This document shows, piece by piece, positions 23,850 through 34,985 of a DNA stretch of 64,000 nucleotides. This DNA is from Balamuthia mandrillaris. Taxonomy: Eukaryota. The stretch spans positions 124,001 through 188,000 of the forward strand of contig JAVKOQ020000005.1 of assembly GCA_031835245.2 (NCBI GenBank). The letters are read 5' to 3'. The position numbers and the translations under genes are program-made. Below the pieces are notes generated by a model. The model was not told the origin of the DNA, did no database searches, and saw only the letters and a program-made list of their open reading frames with translations. Within the stretch, counting starts at the first letter, position 1, and each line of letters starts with the position of its first letter.

Positions 23850-24776
23850 ATGAAGGCGAAGAAGAAGCAAAAGAACAGCAACGAGGAGCCTTTGGCAAAG
23901 GCGGAAGAGGTTGAGCGTCCGGTGGGAGCGGAGGAGCAAACGAAAAAGAAGAAGAAGAAGAAGAAGAAAACAAAGAGCAAGAAGGAGGCAGCGAATCCAC
24001 CGGAGGAACCCAAGAGCGCCTCAAAGAAGAGGAAGAGAGAGGAGGAGCCGGAAGGGAACGGAAACGGAAAAGCCGCAAACTCAAAGGATGAAGGCACCAA
24101 AAAGAAAAAGAAGAAGAAACAAAAGGTAGCGGCCCCTCCTGCTGACACTCCTTCAGTGAGCGAAGAAAAGAAAAAGAAGAAGAAAAAAAAGAATAAACAA
24201 GTGGAACCGGCGGAGCAACCATCCAAGTCGTCGTCGTCGGAGAAACCGAAGGAAAAGAAAAAGAAGAAGAGAGCAAAGAGCGAAGAGCCAACAAAGAGCA
24301 AACAAGAAACCAACAAGACCACTGCGGAAACCACCAACAGCAACGACGCTGCTTCCTCCTCCTCTGGCAGGTGGAACGACTGGAGCCAGAGCTCTTTTGC
24401 CGATGACGCTCAAAAATCAAAGTTTTTGCGCCTTATGGGTGCCGCCAAGCCCACCACCACCCCGTCTGCTTCTTCTACCTCTTCTTTCCACACCACCAAC
24501 AACAACAACAACATGAAGAAAGGTCTCTACGGCTCCCTCGCTTCCTCGTTTGTCAAGGCCGGAGCCTCCGCCTCCTCCACCAACGGCGGAGCCTCCGGTG
24601 GGACTGGAAGGAGCGACGTCAACGCCGGAGCGCGCATAAACACGGAGCTGGAGAGTCAGTTTAGGAGCGCGCTGGACAGGCGGGGCAGGGGAGCCCTCGG
24701 TCTGGGCTTTGAGGAGCCGCGAACGGGGCTGCGCATCGACGACTCCACCTCTCGCTCCATCAAGTTTGCGGACTGA
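23850..24776 (+). CDS. Lysine-rich nucleolar protein with C-terminal SMAP domain (KNOP1-like)
   Basis: Poly-Lys tracts followed by WNDWSQSSF.DDAQKSKFLRLMGA and INTELESQF...GLGF. Confidence 0.8.
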   Translation: MKAKKKQKNSNEEPLAKAEEVERPVGAEEQTKKKKKKKKKTKSKKEAANPPEEPKSASKKRKREEEPEGNGNGKAANSKDEGTKKKKKKKQKVAAPPADTPSVSEEKKKKKKKKNKQVEPAEQPSKSSSSEKPKEKKKKKRAKSEEPTKSKQETNKTTAETTNSNDAASSSSGRWNDWSQSSFADDAQKSKFLRLMGAAKPTTTPSASSTSSFHTTNNNNNMKKGLYGSLASSFVKAGASASSTNGGASGGTGRSDVNAGARINTELESQFRSALDRRGRGALGLGFEEPRTGLRIDDSTSRSIKFAD

Positions 24777-25059
24777 AAAACGACGACGACATCCCGTGAG
24801 GAAACAAAACAAAAAAAAAACAACAACAACAACAACACCCCCTTTGTTTGCGTTGCGTTACTGCTACCGACAACAACAACAACAACAACGAGGATCACGG
24901 CGATGAACTGTCCGTTCATTCATTTTTTTTTCTTTGCTCCTCTTGTCTTTTAAGCGATCTTTCTTCTCCAGCTCTTCGGTTGCTTGTTCTCTCTCTGCTT
25001 AAAGGTATGCCACTGACAGCAGCAGAAACGACGGTACGGTTCTGCTACCAACAATCGAC

Positions 25060-25512
25060 TTTCCTCTCTCCCCTCTCCCCTCTCCTCTCTCCTCGCTTCT
25101 CCTCTTCCCTTCTCCTCTTCCCTTCTCCTCTCTCCTCTCTCCTCTCTCCTCTCTCCTCTCTCCTCTCTCCCTCTCTCCTCTCTCCTCTCTCCTCTCTCTC
25201 CTCTCTCCTCTCTCCTCTCTCCCTCTCTCCTCTCTCCTCTCTCCCTCTCTCCTCTCTCCCTCTCTCTCTCTCCTCTCCTCCCTCTCTCCTCCCTCTCTCT
25301 CTCCCTCCTCTCCTCTCTCCCCTCCCTCTCTTCTCCTCTCTCCTCTCTTCTCCTCTCTCCCTCTCTCCTCTCTCCTCTCTCCCTCTCTCCTCTCCTCCTC
25401 TCCTCCTCTCTCCTCTCCTCCTCTCTCCTCTCTTCTCCTCTCTCCTCTCTTCCTCTCTCCTCTCTTCTCCTCTTCTTCTCCTCTTCCCTTCTCCTCTCTT
25501 TCTTCTCTTCTC
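25060..25512. repeat. About 450 bp polypyrimidine (CT/CCT) tract
   Basis: Almost exclusively C and T; flanked by a gtacgg donor-like site (about 25034) and a cgcag acceptor-like site (about 25518). Confidence 0.9.
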
Positions 25513-26332
25513 CGCAGCATGGATGGGGGCCAAGCATCATTGTTGGATGACGCCATGCTTATCGCATTGACCGGACGGCGGACCGCCACTTACCAAAGAA
25601 AGCAGGTAACGGTACGGTTCCGAGATGCGCTCTTCATCTATTATCGTTATTCCACAGCGTTCCACATGACGAGAGGGAGGTAAACAAAGAACAGCTGTTG
25701 GGGAGTAGTTTCATCGCTCTACGCGCAAAAAGGACCGTCGACGCCCTCTTTGCTTCCCCGTTCCTTCCAACCTCCTCCTTTGAAAAAGTGCAAGAAAGAG
25801 CCAGTCGACCAACCCATCAAACCACTACAACTGACTCCCCCATTTTCTCCTTCTTTGAGGCAGGTTCCGCTTCAAGAAAGCCTCTCTTCTTTGGAGAGTG
25901 CCTCCTTTGTTCACATGTTTGTTTTTTTTTTTTTTTGGAGATCTCTGTCCTCTCCACTTGGAAAGGTAAGCCGGGGGGAGAAGTCTCACCGCTTTACCGG
26001 AAGTACCTCTTTGGCGCCAGGCGTCGAGTGCCACCCTGGGCCGGGGCTTGCTCTCCCAAGAGGCTTTGGCATGTTAAGCACAACCTGCCACCCTGTAGCG
26101 TCGTCATTCCTTCATGGCCTCTCTTCCAAAGATCTCCGTTGAAGGTGGAGTACTTTTTTTTTTCCTTTAGATGGTTGTTGTTGTTTCCACCGCTTCAGCC
26201 TTCATGCGGTGCGCTCCGCAGTTGAACCAAGTTTTTCCGTTTAACTTTTTGTTTCAGCTTCTTGTTAAACCTCCATCCGTTTCACCAGACCTCTCTCTCC
26301 ACCTTTTTTTTTTTTTTTTTTTTTTTTTTGAA

Positions 26333-27786
26333 ATGGCTGGTTTATATATCCCTCCTCCTCCCGCTCCTCCTGCTCGCTGCTGCCCCGCTCCTCCCCCCGC
26401 TCTTCCTCTTCCATCGGTGGCCCATCTCCCGCTTCCCCATCCCCTCCTTCCTCATTCGCCGGCCTCCTCTCCGCCTTACCTCTCATCACCCTTCACCTCC
26501 CGTCCGCCAAGATGTAAGCGCCCCCGCGATAGGCCTGGCCGCTCTTCCTCCTCTCCCTCACCCTTTGCCTCCTCTGCATCCACCACCAACGCCCCACCAC
26601 CCCAACAACAGCTGCCACAATCGCCCTTCCACTGGGAAGGAGCGCCCCTCCGATCCTCTCCTTCTTCTCCGCTCCCTCCACCTCCGCAGCAGATGCCGCC
26701 TCAACAACAACGCGTTGCTTCAACCCCATACATCGTTGTGACACGACCTCCATCTGCCGTACAACCGGTCCTCGATCACCCACCGGCAGCCCAACGTTCG
26801 CCTGTGTCCTCCTGCCCATCTCCTTGTGCAGCTGCCTCCGCAGGGGTCCTCCCGCACGGGCTTCCTTTTCCTGGCCAGGAGAGCAGCACTACCGCCTCCG
26901 TGGGGCAACGCAGGAAGGGCGCCGTTCGCTACCAGCGCAGGCGTAGCTGCCCCACCGATTGCTCAAGCCTTCAACATGTTGTACAGCGTCATGAGCACGA
27001 AGAGATGACTCATCAGGTCACGCACTATCCTACGTCCACGGTATTTCTCTCCTTCTTATGTTTCATGATTGCTTCGTTCAACAGGCTAACTCCGACGTTG
27101 TTTGGAAGAACGAACAGCAAATGACGGATATGAATGTCCAGATGAATCCGTTTCAGGACGTTCTATTGCGGGGAATGAGGAACCTGACGACCAGCGTCTC
27201 TGCGGAGACGACCCCCTCCTCTTCTCCCCCGGCAACGCCGCAACGCCCATCGGCCGATGTGCGTCGGTTGAACGAGATGGTGATGGCTGAGGAGCGCCGT
27301 GGTGGTGACAGAAGAGGCTCCTGGTCTCTATTTCCAATACGCGCAATGCAAGAAGCCGGAGGCGAACAGACAGACAAGAGAAAAGAAGAGGGCCAGGATA
27401 AAGGAGAAGAATATCAAGGAAGGGCGCAAGACAACGAAACACAAGCAGAAGAAGAGGTGGAGAGCGAAGAGGAAACCGAACAGGATAAAAAGGAATCATC
27501 GCACCACCTAAGCAGCCAACTGCCAATAGAGAAGGATGGTGGGAACAGAAAAAAGGCGAGACTAAACTGGAAACAATTCACTCAGCAGAGTGAACAGCAA
27601 CGTTATCAACAACATCGACGGCGTCAACAACAGCGGCATTCCACGCAGAGGCAGCAACGTCTAGACCACCAACAAGACCAACATCTTGCCAATCGGCATC
27701 GTCCACAACAACAACCGCAGCCGCTTCAACGCCATCTCCAACCTATAGAGTGCAACCGAATGGACATCGCCTATCTCAACAACTAA
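26333..27786 (+). CDS. Pro/Ser/Gln-rich disordered protein, function unknown (intron about 27040-27117)
   Basis: ATG after a poly-T run; two long ORFs joined in frame by a GT-AG intron; ends RMDIAYLNN. Confidence 0.6.
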
Positions 27787-27932
27787 CCAACCATGCACCC
27801 CAAATCATCCCTGTAGTGCACAAAGAAAACTTTTTCCTATAATTATCTGGGTCGTAAGCGATAATTGATGATAATAATTATAACACAAAACGATTATCTG
27901 CAATTTTAATTTTTTTTAATTTCTGTAGATTA

Positions 27933-28002
27933 GCGGGTTTCGAATCCCGTCGATGACATTGTTATTTTTATATTGGTATTGCATAGCCGCCGGTTCGAAC
28001 CT
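27933..28002 (+). promoter_or_regulatory. Two orphan B-box-like motifs upstream of an F-box gene
   Basis: gcgggtttcgaatcccgt (T-arm-like hairpin) and ggttcgaacct at 27992-28002. Confidence 0.45.
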
Positions 28003-28045
28003 GTATCGCAGCAATTTGATTTTTTTGACAACGCATTTACGAAGA

Positions 28046-29196
28046 ATGGAAGAAAGCTGTAAAGAAGAAGAAGAACAAGGAGGCCCTCACGACTATCTGT
28101 GGTACCTCACCGAAAGCGTGCCCGAGCTCCTGCTTCACATTTTCTCTTACTTGGATGCCAAGGACTTGGGAACGGCCTCGCAGGTGTGCAGCCTGTGGCA
28201 CGCCTATACCGCCACGCCGTTTTTGTGGAGGTCCCTGTTTCACCGGATGCCTTTCATGCCGAGCAGTTTTCTTCCTCGTTATTTATTACTAGTTCGTCCC
28301 ATTGCTGCTACTTCTTCTTCTTGTTCTTCTCTTCTTGTTCTTCTTGTTCTTCTTCTTCAATATATCTTTCTGAATCTATATGAGGCAGTCACAAAAAGCA
28401 AAGAAAGAGGAGGCAGACTGGAAGTTCATGGTCCGGTGCGTTGTCAGCGATGACCCCACTCGCTGTGCCGTTTGTTGCAAGAAGGAAGTCGTTGTAACGA
28501 CTACCAGCAGTGCTGCTGCCTTGTCACCTTCTTCTTGTGAAGCCACAGGACAGCAAACCGCACGTCGTCCTGTGGCTTTGAGACAAGTCAACGCAGTAAT
28601 GATGTGCGAGTCCTGTGCTATATCCCCAACCAACAGGTTTTGTGTTTGTTTTTGTTCCTCCTTCCTCGCTCCTTTCCCGCCCTTTCGTTTCCTCTCTTTC
28701 TCTCTCTTTGTTGTTCTTGTAGTCGTTGTTGTTGCGTTATGCCTTTTCTCATCGCCATAGTTTAACCATGCATCGTTCACATGGGAAAACAGGAAACTGA
28801 TAAGCATAGGCCAGGCCCAATCCAGATACATGTTAACAAGGGCGGACCTTCAGGACGTCACAGCACAACTCACTCCGAACCCAGAGGAGGACAAAGAACC
28901 AGAAAGAGAGGAAGCTATTTACTCGGGCGTGCACAAGCGTTATGTGGTCCATCGCATTGGGCCTTATTATCCACTTCCTGGTTAGTTGTGCACCGCATTC
29001 TTTCTTTCTTTTTTTTTTTTTGCATTTGTAACCAAAACCGAATGCAGTGGTACAAAAGCTATCAACATTAAAGCATGGGACCAGAGAGTGGAGAGCACAA
29101 GAACGGCTGCGACGGCAGAAATCAGAGCAGCAGCGTCGCAACAGTTTCTTAGCCAGAGCTGCCGCCTTGAAGAAAACGAAAAGCTCTTCTTCTTGA
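28046..29196 (+). CDS. F-box protein with CxxC-CxxC zinc site and XPA-like C-terminal domain (4 exons)
   Basis: F-box VPELLLHIFSYLDAKDLGTASQVCSLW; CAVC..CESC; spliced TNR/KLISIGQAQSRYMLTRADL, resembling XPA KLITKTEAKQEYLLKDCDL. Confidence 0.7.
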
Positions 29197-29361
29197 CCCC
29201 TCCATTTCATCCCTTTTTCTACGCTGTAATAATTATTATCGATTATTGAGGATGCGTCGTGTTTCCTCCACGGGATAAACCCGAAATTTTTATCGTGCTA
29301 TCGATAAAACGCTTCATTAATTGCCCTTGCAGAGCGGAAAAGAAAAGGAAGCGGATGGGCG

Positions 29362-30267
29362 ATGGCGGATGGCGTCGAGAGCTCGGGGGTGCTCTTCGCC
29401 AGCAGCTACAACCATTACGTTCACACCACAGCCGGGCTGTTGGTCCCTGTGTTCGCCCTTCCCTTCCTCTTCTTCGCTGTTCGGTTCTGTTGTGACACCC
29501 GCCGTCGCCCAGGGCGGAACCTCCTTCTCTCGCTTCTCTGGTTCCTCCTGTTGAACCTTGCTGCATCCCTGTGGTCTGCTTCTTACGAGCCTTCTCCTTC
29601 TTTCGCCATCAACAACAATGACAACCTTATCCTCGACCACAAGGACAACCAACGGCAAAGAACCAAAGCAGAGGAAGAGCAGCACCAGCAGTTGAGGCTG
29701 CTTCAGGAGTTGCGCTCCTCAGAGACGTTGGTGGTGAGCCTCCTCTTGCGGTGGTGTTGGAGCCTGTTCCGCCTGCTGTTCGTGCTGTTGACCGGCGCCA
29801 CCGTCCTCATCCATTGGATCTGCCTCCCCAACAGGGGCCAATACAACCTCCGCAACATTCTGCTCCTGCTCTCCCTCTACGCCTTCCTCTTCTTCTTCTA
29901 CAACGCCCTTTCCTTTGATCAGCTCTACTACTTCCACGAGCTCCTTCCTTCTCCCTCCTCTGCCTCTCCTGCTCCTCACCCTCTTCTCCATCTTCTGCAA
30001 AACCTTACCCTCCAAAGAACGGTCTCTGCTGTGGTGAGATGGAGCATCTTGGGGCTGCTGCACGCAGGCTACTGGGCGGCTTTCGTGCTGGCCGGCTTCC
30101 TCTTCACCATGTACGAGCCGTGCGGCTACCGGGGCAAACCGGTGTCCAACCAGCGTTGGCTGAGCATGCCGCCAAACGCTCGGATGGTCACCATTTTGGC
30201 CAACGCGGCGGTTCTGTACGCTACATGGTGGCTCATGTGGGGCATCCTTGGTTACTGCTGTGCGTAG
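29362..30267 (+). CDS. Multi-pass membrane protein, unknown function, intronless
   Basis: 301-aa ATG ORF with about 6 hydrophobic segments and GC-rich codon usage. Confidence 0.7.
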   Translation: MADGVESSGVLFASSYNHYVHTTAGLLVPVFALPFLFFAVRFCCDTRRRPGRNLLLSLLWFLLLNLAASLWSASYEPSPSFAINNNDNLILDHKDNQRQRTKAEEEQHQQLRLLQELRSSETLVVSLLLRWCWSLFRLLFVLLTGATVLIHWICLPNRGQYNLRNILLLLSLYAFLFFFYNALSFDQLYYFHELLPSPSSASPAPHPLLHLLQNLTLQRTVSAVVRWSILGLLHAGYWAAFVLAGFLFTMYEPCGYRGKPVSNQRWLSMPPNARMVTILANAAVLYATWWLMWGILGYCCA

Positions 30268-30348
30268 TCTGGTCTCCCTTTCTTCTTTTCTTCTTTTCTT
30301 ATTTTGAAAAAATAAAAATAAAAATAAAAAATAAAAATGTATATGATT

Positions 30349-30542
30349 GGAGTCGAACGGGTGTGTTTTATAGAAGAGGAGAAGTGGAATACAAAAAAAC
30401 ACAAATGTTTAGAGCGGGAATCGAACCGCTGTTCCTGAAACGAGGAAATGATGAACTAAAAAAAATCACTGCGCAGAGCGGGAGTCGAACCAAAGGTTTT
30501 TCCAGTGAGAAAACAAATTGTGTGATAGCTTGGAGTCGAACT
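30349..30542 (-). promoter_or_regulatory. Array of four orphan Pol III B-box motifs
   Basis: ggagtcgaacg (30349), ggaatcgaacc (30417), ggagtcgaacc (30481) and ggagtcgaact (30532), all in the same orientation within a 410-bp intergenic gap. Confidence 0.65.
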
Positions 30543-30675
30543 GACGTGTTTTGGCAAAAAAAAAGAAAGCGCGGAAGCGAGGTGGAGAGAGAGGGAAGTA
30601 AGAGAAAACCAAAATTGCACCACAACCACCACCCACCCCCCCTTCACCACCACCACAACAGCAACAACAAAACGA

Positions 30676-33225
30676 ATGCCCCAAACAACAACTGTCATGA
30701 GACAACAACAAGTGGAAGATGAAGCAGAAGAAGTGGACGAAGGCTTTATTTTGTTGCCCAGAGAGGAAGAAAAGGAGGACGACAGAGCCACCTCCCCTCC
30801 TCTGCCTCATGATAATGGTGGCCACAGACTCGAGTTGTTGGACCTCAATGAGGAATGCCTGTTGCAGGTGCTGAGCCATTTGCCCTCCGAAAGGGAGCTG
30901 GTGAGGGTCTCTCTGGTCTGCAGCATGCTGGCTCGCCTGGCGGAGGACCCTTCCCTCTGGAAGGTGCTGTTCCAACGGCGCTGGCCTCTCCTCTTCTCGC
31001 GCAATGCTCCCTCTTTCTCCTCTTTGTCCTCTCTTCATCCACAAGAGGGAGAAGAAGAAGAAAGAGAGGAGGAAGAGGACAACGGCAGGCGAGAGGCAGA
31101 TGACAAGCCGCAACAGCCACAACAACGAAAAGCTGCAGAGGGAAAGGAGGACCATAAAACCGATTGGAAGGCACGTTATAGGCGTTGTGCCTCAAGGTAC
31201 CTGCGTGGTCGCGTGTTCAACCGAAATCCTGTCATGGTAAATGCTCTTCTCGTGTTCTTCCTCTCCTCTCGTTCTTCTCTACTCCTCTCTTTTCTCTTCT
31301 CTTCTCTTTGCTCTGGCCTCTGTTTTAAAAAGTATATAAAAGGGTATCAAAGAGTTGGTACAAGAAGGCTATTTAGACACACCACAGGCAGTGGCACAAT
31401 ACCTCTATAGCAACGAGCGGTTGGACAAAAGCAAAGTGGGCCTATATCTGGGCTACCACTTTCCATCAATCTCTCACATAGACTCCATGCATAGGTTTCT
31501 TCGTGTTTCTTCACCCTTCTTTCTTCTCTCTTTCTCTCTCTCTCTCTCTCTTCTACACTCCCTCTTTCTGGCCACTAATAGTTTTTGGGTTACTCATAAA
31601 TACTACTATAGTGGTGGTAATCATTGGACAAGAGAGGATGAACTTCGCGTACTTCCAGAATATGTTAAAATTTTTGACAAAGAACTGCGGACAAATGACT
31701 GCATCGACGTGGCTCTGCGGTTCTTCCTCTCGCTCTCCTCCTTCTCCTCTTTCCTTCTTCTCCTCACTCTCTTTCTAGCTGAGCCTTTGCTAACCTTAAG
31801 TTCCATCATAAGGCATTTTCTGTCAAAGTTCATGTTAACTGGGGAAGCGCAGCAGATTTCTCGCATACTGGAAACCTTTTCCGCGCGTTGGTTTGCTGTT
31901 AACCCATCACATCCATGCGCCGATGTTGGTGCGTTTGCTTCGTTCCCTCGTTTATTTTTTTTTCTCATTTTTCTCTTTCTGTCAGATGCTGCTTATATGT
32001 TGTGTTATGCGGTAGTGCTGTTAAACGTTGATTTGCACAACGACCTCGTGCAACAAAAAATGCGTTTCAGAGAGTTTGTGAGAGCCTTGTCTGGTAGCAA
32101 TGCCGGTCAGGACTTTCCACTTGCTTATCTTGGTATTTTTTCTTCCCACTTTCTCCTTTCTCAATTCTAACTAAGCAATCATTCATACAGCTGGCATCTA
32201 CAAACGGATACTTGAGCATCAGTTTAAGGTAAGTTTTATTTGCTTCCTTGTCTTCTTGCTTTTTATGATAATGACACCATCATTACTATCACAATTTACA
32301 GTTAGGACAAAGCGAACTTGGTCCGATGGATAAGGAAGGATGGCTATATTGGAAACAAGATGGTTGGTTATCTTCTTGGGTGTGGCCTTGGTATCGCGTT
32401 TGGTGCAGCTTCGAGCTCCAACAAGACGACCATACTTCTTCGACGTCTTCTTCTTCTTCGTCTTCATCAACTGCAAGAAGAAACGACGAACAACAATTTT
32501 CTTCTTCTCTTCGTTCTCACCTTTCAAAGAAGACGAAGAGGAAGGTTGATTTGGTGATGCACTTTGACAAGAACAAAAGCGAGTTTTGTGCACGAATAAG
32601 CAGCATTCAAGACTATCGTTCTTTCATCACCGAAGAAAAAGAACATCAATACATCAATAACACAACCAACAACCACATCAATACAACGGAAAACAACGGA
32701 ATACACGATTCAGGAAAAGTACGTTCCTATCATTCTTTTCTTCTGGTGAAAGAAAGCGAAGAAGAGGAAGACGATGAGGACGAAGAAACGAAACGAATCA
32801 ATGCAACAGGATGCGTAATGCCATCCATGTCTTCCTTACTCTCTTCTTCCTCCTCCTCTTCTTCTCCTTCATCTTCTTCGCCAGACAGCAATGGCAGCCA
32901 GAAGAAAGCAACGACAAGTCACGTCTTTTGTGCTGAGAGCGAAGAACTAAGAGAAGTGTGGATGAGTGTCTTTGATGCGATAAGACGGGAGAAAGAAGAA
33001 GTAAAGAGAAGAGCAACAACAGCTAAAGAAAAGAAAAAAGAAGAAACAGAAGAAGAGAAACGACAAAAGTGGGTGGAATACTATGAAGCTTATAGCTTAC
33101 CATCTTCCTCATCCTCATCATCAGCTCTGCTTCGGCGGCCTTCTGTGTTTTCTCTGGGAGTAGCAAGCACAGAACAACAAAAAGCAGAAGACCAAGCCAA
33201 CAAAGAAAAAGAAGACCAACACTGA
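30676..33225 (+). CDS. F-box, Sec7 (ARF-GEF) and PH domain protein (multi-exon)
   Basis: F-box LLDLNEECLLQVLSHL..LVRVSLVC; Sec7 LDKSKVGLYLG, FMLTGEAQQISRILETF, LLNVDLHN; PH DKEGWLYWKQ..W.RVWC..FCAESEELREVWMSVF. Confidence 0.88.
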
Positions 33226-33282
33226 ACTTTTCTGTGTTTGTTATTGCAAAGAAAGAGATAGAAGTTTACATCAACCCTAATA

Positions 33283-34692
33283 TTAAACAACACTTCTGAT
33301 TCTCTTCTTTTCTTCCTTCACTACTTTTAACTCTCTCTGCAACTCTTTTAACTCACTCTCCAACGCTCTCCTCTCTTTCTCCTGTTCTGCTTTTCCTCTC
33401 CCTCTTTCTTCTCTCTCTTCCTCTTCTCTCTCCCTCCTTTCTCTCTCCGCCAGTTCCTTTCTCAACTGTTCGTTCTCTCTTTCCAACTCCTTCAAACGTC
33501 GGTCCTCCACATCAAACAACCTCTCCGCCTCTCCCAACTCTGCCTCTGCCTTTCTTCTCAACCTCTCCAACGCCGTTCCGGCCTCCACTTCCTCCTTCAG
33601 CTCCTCCTTCAGCTCCCTGTTCTCTCTTTGCAGAGCCGCTTCCTTCCGCTCCTCTCCCGTTCTCTCCTCCAGGGCCTCCAAAACCTGCTGCTGCGCCTGC
33701 CAAAGTTGTTCCTTTTGCTTGGCCTCGCGGCGCAGCAAGCGCTCCAAACGGAGCTGCTCCCTCTCCAGCTCTTCTCGCAGGAGAACCTGTTGGTGCGAGA
33801 GAGCGTTGAGGTCGTGGAGGGAGCGTTCGAGACGGCGTTTGTGGGATTCCTCTTGGAGGAGAGCTTGCTCGGTGGAGAGGAGGTCGCGCTCTAAGTCGCG
33901 CTTGGTATGTTGGAGAGTGGCTAGCTCTCCCTCAAGGAACTCCTTTTCCTTGGCGGCGATGGCCTCCTTGGCGGAGAGGGCATCGAGCGCCTTCTCCGTT
34001 TTCTCTATCTTGAGGTCCAGCTCGTTCAAAGCCAGCTCCAAGTCATGATTGCGGGTGACCTGCTCCGACCTCTCCTTGTGCAGCTTGCTTATTTTTTCTG
34101 TTTGTTTTTTATTTTAAAGATAAATAAACCCATAGTCCATTTTAAAGAAAAGAAAAAAGAAAAGAAAAAGAAAAAAAAAGAAAAAGAAAAAGAAAAAGAA
34201 AAAAGAAAAAAGAAAAAAGAAAAAAGAAAAAAGAAATAAAGAAAAAAGAAAAAAAGAAAAAAGAAAAAATGACAAAAGAGACAGCAAAGAAGAGAGAAGA
34301 GAATAAAGAACGAAAAAAGACAAACCAGAAAGGAGAGCAGCAGCTTCTCGGACTTCCTGTTCGAGCCTCGCGTTGCTCTTCTTCTCGTCCCTAACGAGCT
34401 GCCATTGCTGGCGCAGCAGCTCCAACTCTCGCCTCAGGCCGCCCTTGTCCTGCTTCTCCACGTTCTTGCTGTTCTCCTTCCTCTCCTCCGCCAGGGCGGC
34501 TTTTTGCTTCTCCGCCTTCTCGCGGTCGGACTCCCTCCTCTTCCGTTGCGTTTGCAGCTTTTCATGTTTTTCCGCCTCGCGACGGTCGGCCTCTTCCCTT
34601 TGGGTCCTTTGGCGGCGCTTCTGGAGGTCCTCCTCTCTCCGCTTTTCGGCCTCTTGCCTGGCTGCTTCCTCCAAAGTGTCCTCCACGGTCAT
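33283..34692 (-). CDS. Coiled-coil (myosin-tail-like) protein (2 exons)
   Basis: Two E/K/R/L-rich heptad-like ORFs separated by a T-rich intron (about 34085-34325). Confidence 0.7.
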
Positions 34693-34824
34693 TCTTCTTG
34701 TCTGTTATCTCTCTCCCCCGGTGGTGGGCGTTACGCTTTGTGTCTCTTCTAATTTTTTTGTTATATTGAGAATTTCCTTTTTAGGTTTCTATTTCCCGAA
34801 AACAACGGAAGACTCCTCGTCCAC

Positions 34825-34888
34825 ATCATTATTATTATTATTATAATTATAATAATATTATTAATATAATAATAATAATAATAATGAT
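34825..34888. repeat. AT-rich inverted repeat (20-bp arms, 24-nt spacer)
   Basis: atcattattattattattat (34825-34844) is the exact reverse complement of 34869-34888. Confidence 0.85.
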
Positions 34889-34924
34889 TCCAAGAAAATT
34901 TTAGGGCAGATACAGGTCACCAAC

Positions 34925-34985
34925 GAGAATCGAACTGACGGCAAAAAGGCATTGATGAAAAAACGAAAGCATCCGGATTCGAACT
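34925..34985 (-). promoter_or_regulatory. Two orphan B-box-like motifs in a divergent promoter
   Basis: gagaatcgaactgacg (shares TCGAACTGACG with the 30532 copy) and ggattcgaact. Confidence 0.5.

Noticed and set aside
24848..25589. Leu/Ser/Pro- and Arg/Glu-rich ORFs
   Set aside because: Produced by the polypyrimidine tract, which lacks stop codons.
27930..28005. Possible tRNA gene
   Set aside because: Only T-loop motifs are present; no acceptor stem, D arm or anticodon arm.
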